The notes beneath the pieces are model-generated. The model saw only the letters and a program-made list of their open reading frames with translations. It was not told the DNA's origin and did not search any database. Positions 56,713-64,000 of a stretch of 64,000 nt of DNA are shown here, in pieces. The first letter of the stretch is position 1, and each line of letters starts with the position of its first letter. The DNA lies in assembly GCA_027923505.1 (NCBI GenBank), contig BROI01000017.1, positions 310,001 through 374,000 on the forward strand, given 5' to 3'. The position numbers and the translations under genes are program-made. Origin of the DNA: Mayamaea pseudoterrestris. Its lineage: Eukaryota.

Positions 56713-59700
56713 ATGGCGCCAATCTTGACGACGGCGACGGGCATGACGCTTCCTCCGCTGAGCGAGCGCCTGCAGAAACTGTTGGTGGATCTTCATTCCG
56801 TCACGGCGGACTCGGTTCAGAATGTTTTCGCGGAGGCAGGCGATTCATGTTTCAGTGTGGAGCAGGTAGGGACTTGTGTGGATTGATTAGAGTGACTGTA
56901 GAAATGATTGAAAGTGTGCGGCGACCAGCGATCGATTGATCTTTGTCAGTTCGTTTCTTGTGCAGCTTTAAATCGACGTTTAGCGATAAGACAATCGACG
57001 TACTGATCACTTGGAGTTTGAAATGCGATGATGAACCAGAAATTTTATTGTCGGTTCGTTCCACTCGGAAAATACTCAAGCAACCCTCTTCGTTTCTTAC
57101 TCCAGATTGACCTTCATCAATGGATCGAGCCCATTAACAATCTGGACAAAATTCTTCGTTCATGCATGGAAGAGTATCCTCAGCTTTTGCTGCTTCCTCC
57201 AGTTCCGCGCATGAGCAAATTGAACAAGCCGCCATCCGTCAAGCCTGCCTCGACACTTGACGAGGCAAATTCGGTGCCGACAGAAACCATTCAACTTATT
57301 ATTGCAATTTTAACATTTTGGGAAGCAATGCTCCGCAATTCCACTGGAAAGTCTGTATTCAATTCTGTCGAGGAATGTTGTGACTTGCTCGCGTGCGGCA
57401 ATGACGACGTGGTGGACGCTGCGCTTCTTGTTCTGCAGGCGCTGGCTATTCCGCCCGCTCTTCATCGCCAGCAAGCACCTGAGATGCATGGACACGGAAC
57501 CGCCTTGACGAATGCGCACCAAATCTGCTTTGCGCGGTTGACTGTCTTGGCGCGGGGGTATACGAGTCGGGCAACCGGTTTGGGATTGTACCAACTTTTG
57601 ACAAGTCGCCAACCTGTACGAGCGGTGCAGTTTTCTTACTATCGGCGCGACAATGAGAATGAAACATGTAAAGACTGCGACGACAAGATGGAAGATGAGA
57701 ATGAAGGGGAATCATTTCTGCGTGAGATTGTTCTGGATGAAAACGAGATTATGCTTCCTACAGTGAAGGAAGGGAGCGCGACAAAGAAGCGTCGGCGAGT
57801 TACAACACAGATTTTGTCAAAGAGCAGTGACGATGATTTAGAACCGCCGACGCGGTCCACGATGGAGCTTTTCTTTTTAGCTCTTTCGAAAGCAAAGGAC
57901 GATATTCACCCGGAGCGCTTGTTTTCTTTGCTGGCTGATATCCGATGGTCTCGAAGCGCAACTTTGGCGGCAGTGAATCGTAGGCTTGCGGCGTTGACTT
58001 GTATATTGCACTCACATCCGTCGCCAGAAGTGTTGAATGGATACTTGACAGCACAACCAGAACTTGCTGCAGAAATAGTCGACTTGTTGCGTCCGACCGT
58101 GTCGGCGAATGCTGTCTCGTCGGCATCGGCAGCGCTGAATGCGTCGCGATTAAATCGGCTTCAGCAAGATGGTATCACGTGGCTCGCCGACACTCAAGAG
58201 ATTCCCTTTCGAACTCGCATATTAGCACTAGAATCTCTTACGGCGCTTGCTGCTCGGAGAGATGGTCCCACTAGTGGTCTGTTGGGATCAAGATTGTCGT
58301 CGGTTTTGACCGAGCTCGGTGTTGCAAAAGGACAGTACTTGGGTCTGCTACCATCGTTAATTCGATTTTCACTTGCGTCTCTGGGAAACGTGTTAGCGGA
58401 AAAGGGAACGATTGCGAGCGAGTCGCCAAGTGGTCCTACATCTCCTGTGATTCGTCCTAGTTTGCAATTAGGTCTCGCTTTTGTGGAGGCTATTGTACCT
58501 AATCAGCCATCGCGAGTAGTGCAAGTACGGCAAGCTTTAGAGATGATCGACAGCGTGTTAACGCTTACATCAGCCATCATCGCGGTACCATCTGGAGCTT
58601 CGTCGCTTATTGATTGTGGAATGATTCCTGCCTTGCTGTCGACGATATCTATCGACACGGACAAGACGATGCAAGTAATTCTTCGCGGACAGGAATTGTG
58701 CGACGTCGACCAGCACCATATCAAGGCCTTGTTGCATTACATTGTTGCCCAAGCGGTTCAGATACTGGAAGGAGCAGTGGTGACAAGTAGCAGTGCTTTG
58801 ACGGCTTTTCTTGACTTGAAGGGAGTCGATTCTCTGACAAGCCGTTTAGCTCATGAGATTTCCCTGATTCCGGCACTGGAGTCTAGTATATCAAGCGAGG
58901 CTGTTTCGATCATGATGGATGTCGAAGAATCGATAGTCAGATCGACGACGGAGGTTGATGTAGCAGGCGAGCGAGACACGACGCCAATATCATCCTCTCT
59001 GCGTGTGCTCCTTTTTAGTATAATCACTTGTCTGACTGTTGTTTTCCACCAGGAAAATTCCGCGTCAGCCGCTGCGGCACATTCGGGAGGACTTCAATTA
59101 CGGAAGAGGGAAGTTGCGGATGCTTTGATTCGCATCATGGACGATGTGACTTTGTTTGGTGGTCATTTGGCATCACTGGTGGCTACTCTTCTTGCCGATA
59201 TTATGAACAACGATCCTCTGATAGTTCATTACGTCCATGAGTCAGGTATTGCAAAGTCTTTTTTAAGAATGGTGACTGGGAAGCAATCGGGCGAAAATCA
59301 CGAGCCTGTCATGCCGCCTGTCGCTGAGCTTGTCATGGCGATTCCGAACGTTCTGGGTGCTCTTTCTCTTACCGAAGACGGTGCTAAGGCTGTCAAGAGT
59401 GCCGCACCGTTTCCTGCGTTGCTGCGAATCTTCTATCACCCTGCTTTCGCCATGCCTATGAGCCGATGCTTATTAAACGAAGTGACGTCGGCTTTCGGCA
59501 CAGGTCTGGATGAAATTATGAGACACGTTGAGCGGCTGAAAACAGATATTTTAGCGTCAGTTGCTGCAGCTTTGTTTGACGTTTTAAAAATGGCAGAAGA
59601 TCTTGCTGTGCGGGAAGCTCTTACGGAGAACAATTGTGACCAATTATCTCACAAAATAATACTCGAAGTGGAACGGACGTGTTTAATCCAATACATTGTA

Positions 59701-62700
59701 AATTTTGCGCAGCTTTTGGAACAAATATTGCATAATGAAGGACATTGCGAGCCTTTCGTCGATGCCGGAGGTCTGGATGTGTTACTGAAGCTGTTTTCTG
59801 CGTCATTGCCTGGCGGAACTCTTTTGCTGGCACATCTTAGCACTTTGAGTTCGCTTTCCATAAGCACGGTTCATCATTCAACGATTGAAGACTCCTTGTC
59901 GTTAGCCATTAAATGCATCCAATATCGTTTCGACCATGTGAAGATGATTCGGAAAATTGTTGACGTTGTGCAGGACTGTCTGACGGGTTTCGAGATCAGC
60001 CGCAAAGCACTGTTTGGGTCGGATGATCTCTACTTTGGACTCGACCAAGTTCAAAAAATGCCTTTTTACATAGGCGACTTAACAACACCGGGAATGTCAA
60101 AGACGGCGCTCGCTGCGTTTTTTAGAGATGCTGCTGTGCTTCAGTGGATCACCAGTGTTCTTGCTAGCACAGTTAAGCTTTTGTGTCAACGCGGTCAAGA
60201 GTCGGGCGCAGATGCTTGGGGCTCCTCGGAATCTGCCTGGAAAAAAGAACTTTCAAACGAAAACTTCTGTCAAATATTTCATCGCCTTTCGGAGTTCTAC
60301 CGTTCTTCACTTTTTGAAGTTTGTCGAGTGCGGACAGAAGGTGACTTTGATTCAGCTGAAGTGAGTCGCCTCACGACGCGGACGCAAAATCTTTTGTACA
60401 AGTTAAGAATCGTTTGCCCGGAAGGCGCGGTGGTCAGAGACGGCATTGAAATTGATTCGTGTGCTAGTGTCGGCAGCATGGAAATGGGCGAGATAGTGTT
60501 AGCGTATGATCGGTGTATCAATTCGTCGGGAATATTGCGATGGCGCACTAACAGGGGTTGGATATCGGAAATGACGCGGGGACACGGAAGGGAGCCCATT
60601 GCAGAAGTTATCGATGTCGTCGAGCAGCCTGAAGCGATGCCCATTCTCGAGGACGCAGACAACTCGAAGCGAATTGAAGCTGCCATTCCGGATCTGCGTG
60701 TCGTTGCGGTAGGCTTGTTAGCGAGAGGGCAACCACTATATTCCCTTCTCTTTGCGGAGCTTTCCAAATTGACTGTATATATTATTCGATCGATTCCAGT
60801 ACGCACAATCACATTTGCCAAGGAGAGTGCTTCAAGTCATGTCGCCCTCATCGTGCGCATGTTGTCGACCAGTTTCATGCAATGCCTAAATATCGATCAC
60901 TTAAAAAGTGTCATATCGGTCAACTCTGCCTCACCTGCTGAACCCTCAATCAGTCAATCGGGGTCGGCGATCTACTTTGGTTCATGTTTAAGTCAGCTGC
61001 AATCATCCTTATTTGACGAGCGTCGGGAGCGGCGTTTTGTCAATCTTCCGCTTCTCGTGGATCTCATCAGCTCTGATCCTTATGCAAAACAATTGATCAC
61101 TGGGGTCATTACTGACGAGGATGCCGCTATTTCAGAAGTTGGTATACTGAGGGCTTGTTTGTGTGTACTTCAGCAAGGTATGAGATTGATGTCATTGTCG
61201 ACGCAATATAATTCTAATTCTGGACATGAGCAAGCGCAATCGTCTGCCAGTCGACTCGATCGCAGTGTTGCTGCCAGCTTTCCTCTGATCATTTCACTGA
61301 TTCGTCGCCTCCTGACCACGCCAATATCTTCGTCTCCGGTTGCGTCGGTGATGAGTCGAATGAAATGGAAGGATATATCAAATTTGGTAGGGAAGGCAAA
61401 CCTCGACGATTGTTTTGTGTCTTCCTCGTCAAATGACGGCTTTTTTGAGCCGGAACGGTTTGTCAAAGTTCTAAATCTTAGTGTCTCTAGACTTGTTCAC
61501 AAGGCATGGCAAGATCCGAATTTGATGTTTGTGCCGTCGCATGTAATGCACCCATTGGTCAATTTAGTTGGAGACGTTGTCGCTGAGCTGATATTTGCGA
61601 CGAAGGAGAAAGGTCCCAATTCTTCGAGACAGGCTCAAAGCCAAAGTGGTTTCAGTTTGTCAGACTACTTACGACGTCGACGAGAAGCTGACGAGACCGA
61701 ACCACTGGACGAGGAAGAAGAAGTAAACGAAGAAGAGTTTGAACCGGATGAGAGCATTGTTGCGCAGTTAGTTGACATGGGATTCAATCGGGATAGGGCG
61801 CTCGATGCGCTTGAAACCACACGGTCAAATCGAGTGGAAGTAGGCATGGAGTATGCCTTGACCCACCCACCACCCAGTCCTGCGACGGTTGAACGTCGAC
61901 GAGTTGCAAGAGAAGAGCGTGAAGCACGTCGAACCTTAGAAGCGCAAGACGCGGCGGCGGAAACAAGTGAGAGCCACGACAATAATCCGGTGGCCGACGG
62001 AGCCAGTCTGAGCAATCGTGATGCAGACGACGCAGAGAAAATGGAATTGGAAGAAGTAAACCCCGTAAAGGATGGAGCTGCTACGGAGAATGAAGACGAG
62101 GTCGGCGAACTCTACAAGGCAGAAATTATATGCTGGTCAGAAACGATTCCTAGTGTCATATGTGAGGTCTTGGTGTGTATCGAACGAATGGATAAGAATA
62201 AAAACAACGAAACGGTGGCCATTACAACCGTGGTGTCAGCATTCCTGCTGCAGTTGAGCTCACAGTATCCAGAAAAAAGTCCAGTTCTTTTGGCTGGAGT
62301 CTTTCAGCGATTGAAGACTGAAATTGACGATTTTTGCGTGGATCCGAATACGCGAGACCAGGCTTTTGCCGCGCTTTGTCACGCTGCAGTGCTTGTCACC
62401 CGTGCAATACCAAAGTCACGAGTTTTGGTACTTCAAAATAATTTAATATCTTCGATTGTTGCCGCGGTTAATAGTTCATCTAAGGCACTGACAACGGATA
62501 CGAAGACGCCTAGGTGGTTCTCGTCAGCGCTACTGCTACTTGACGTTATGGCCGAACCTTTTGCGGGCTTTGCCGACGAAGAATTTTCAAAGAGCATGTT
62601 GAATGGCAACACGTCTAGCGAGAATGATGAATTAAAACGTGTGCAAGCGGAGCACAAAACGCTTGCGACCGCTCTTGGAGAAGCTACCACAAGCTTGTTC

Positions 62701-64000
62701 TTAGCCATTAATGAAAGTGCTGGAGTTCCGAATTCTGCGGTAAAAGAAATGAATGATGGCTTCGCATCTATCCCCGGTTACTATCCGTTAATACCAATTT
62801 CTTTGTCAAACCAATGCCTTGAAATTTGCTTGGATTTGCTAGAAACTGGATCGACGACAGCGCGGCGATGTTTGCTGACGCCAGAGGTTGCACAGGCGTG
62901 CCTTTCATTACTCGTCCACCTTCTGCGAAGTCCGAATGCATCTGAGGCATGTCGAAAATTAGGAATTGCCGAAGCTGTGGTGTCGCTCCCAGCCACAAGC
63001 AAATTTACTGGAAACGCGGCTCTTGTGGCAATTCTGTTGCGCCGCTTACTTGAAGACTGCTCAACGCTCCAAGCTGCTATGGAACTTGAAATGAGAGGTA
63101 TTGTCGCAAAACTTCAAGCGAAGAAGCTTCATGGATCTACGGACAAATCAATTAGCGTAATTCTTCGAGTTTTTATGGACGCAACGACTCCGTTAATACG
63201 GCGTGATCCCTTGACTTTTGTGAAGTCCTTGGCACTTGCCGTGAAGATAGAGGCAGCGACAGAAGGTGACCCGCGTGTAGTGCTACTCCCTACTGCTGAA
63301 CGTACTCGGAATCAGGCTCTCGTCGCAAACTTGTCGATGTCGATAGTTGCTAGGTCCTTGGAGACGCCGATTATCCATGCAGGAACTGACGCGAGTAGAA
63401 GTTCACTCCACCAGAAGAAAGAAAAGAGTCGCAGGAGCCTGTCGGCCGGTAGGAAGGTTCAGAAAGATGCAGCATTGGGAATGAAAACCGGGAACAGGAC
63501 TAGTTTCGGTGGCCCAGAATCACCTGCGGCTCATGTGATGGCTGTTCTCGTACAGGCAGTCATCTCGTCACCGCTCAGCAATACAGATGGCAACGGGATC
63601 GATGACAAATTTCTTTGGCTTGGCAGTCTTCTGGAAATAATTGCCGAATTAATATTGGTATTACCAGCTTGTGCGAGCGCAATTCATAATTACCGCCCCA
63701 AAGACAAACTCGCGCGAACGACTTTGACGTCACAACTGCAGCATGCCTTATCAGGGGCACCAAGTCCACCGAAAACATTTGTTAACTTTCTCCTGCATTC
63801 TGTCTTGCCGCAAGACCGCATGTCAGTTCGAAGTGAGACAGAAATCTGGGACAAACAAAAAGGAGCAACTGAGTATGAAAGGCGTGCGATAACAGAAAAA
63901 CGAAAGAAAGCCTTTTGGATTGCAAAATCTTCTCAAGGTGCCGCTCGCGTCATACTTGCTTTGATGATGCGCCCTGGTGAAGGGCGTAAGCGAGTCGTTG
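56713..64000 (+). CDS. HUWE1: HUWE1/UPL1/Tom1-type E3 ubiquitin ligase, N-terminal part (continues beyond the window)
   Basis: Exon 1 is 56713-56865, intron 56866-57105. One frame then appears open to 64000 (spot-checked): IDLHQWIEPINNLD, FNSVEECCDLL, DIMNNDP, AIPNVLGALSL, FGTGLDEIMRH, a UBA domain at ~61741-61870 (IVAQLVDMGFNRDRALDAL), LLRRLLED..LQAAMELE and EGRKRV. It is absent from the ORF track because there is no stop in the window. The HECT domain itself is not seen. Confidence 0.88.

Noticed and set aside
57310..63778. Many short ORFs, mostly minus-strand, listed in the ORF track
   Set aside because: They are shadows of the single long plus-strand HUWE1-like reading frame.

Overview
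Gene-dense eukaryotic DNA with short GT-AG introns and many bipartite signal peptide plus 'xxA/S-F' (ASAFAP-type) plastid presequences. This points to a diatom, most likely a raphid pennate (inference; species not identifiable). About 34 protein-coding loci can be supported, two of them cut by the window edges and missed or only partly shown by the ORF track: an ARM-like gene on the left and a HUWE1/UPL1-type E3 ligase on the right. No rRNA, tRNA or CRISPR array was seen. Main highlights: (1) two adjacent, co-oriented, plastid-targeted genes at 12182-15667 encode a Tyr/Ser-rich disordered protein and a beta-carbonic anhydrase with a long disordered tail. Each carries three copies of the same motif, SWW-x5-[FVY]N-x2-QVQTY[VIT], and CCRE/CRE-like TGACG elements lie upstream. 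I read this as a candidate pyrenoid/CO2-concentrating condensate module (hypothesis). (2) A spliced Prx5-type peroxiredoxin has TGA at the peroxidatic Cys codon (selenoprotein candidate) and a non-canonical SECIS-like hairpin. (3) A CinA/PncC-NudC fusion. (4) A SNF2-PHD protein with two PDZ-like domains. (5) A probable Mutator-like transposase relic. All assignments come from manual translation and motif recognition; no database searches were run.
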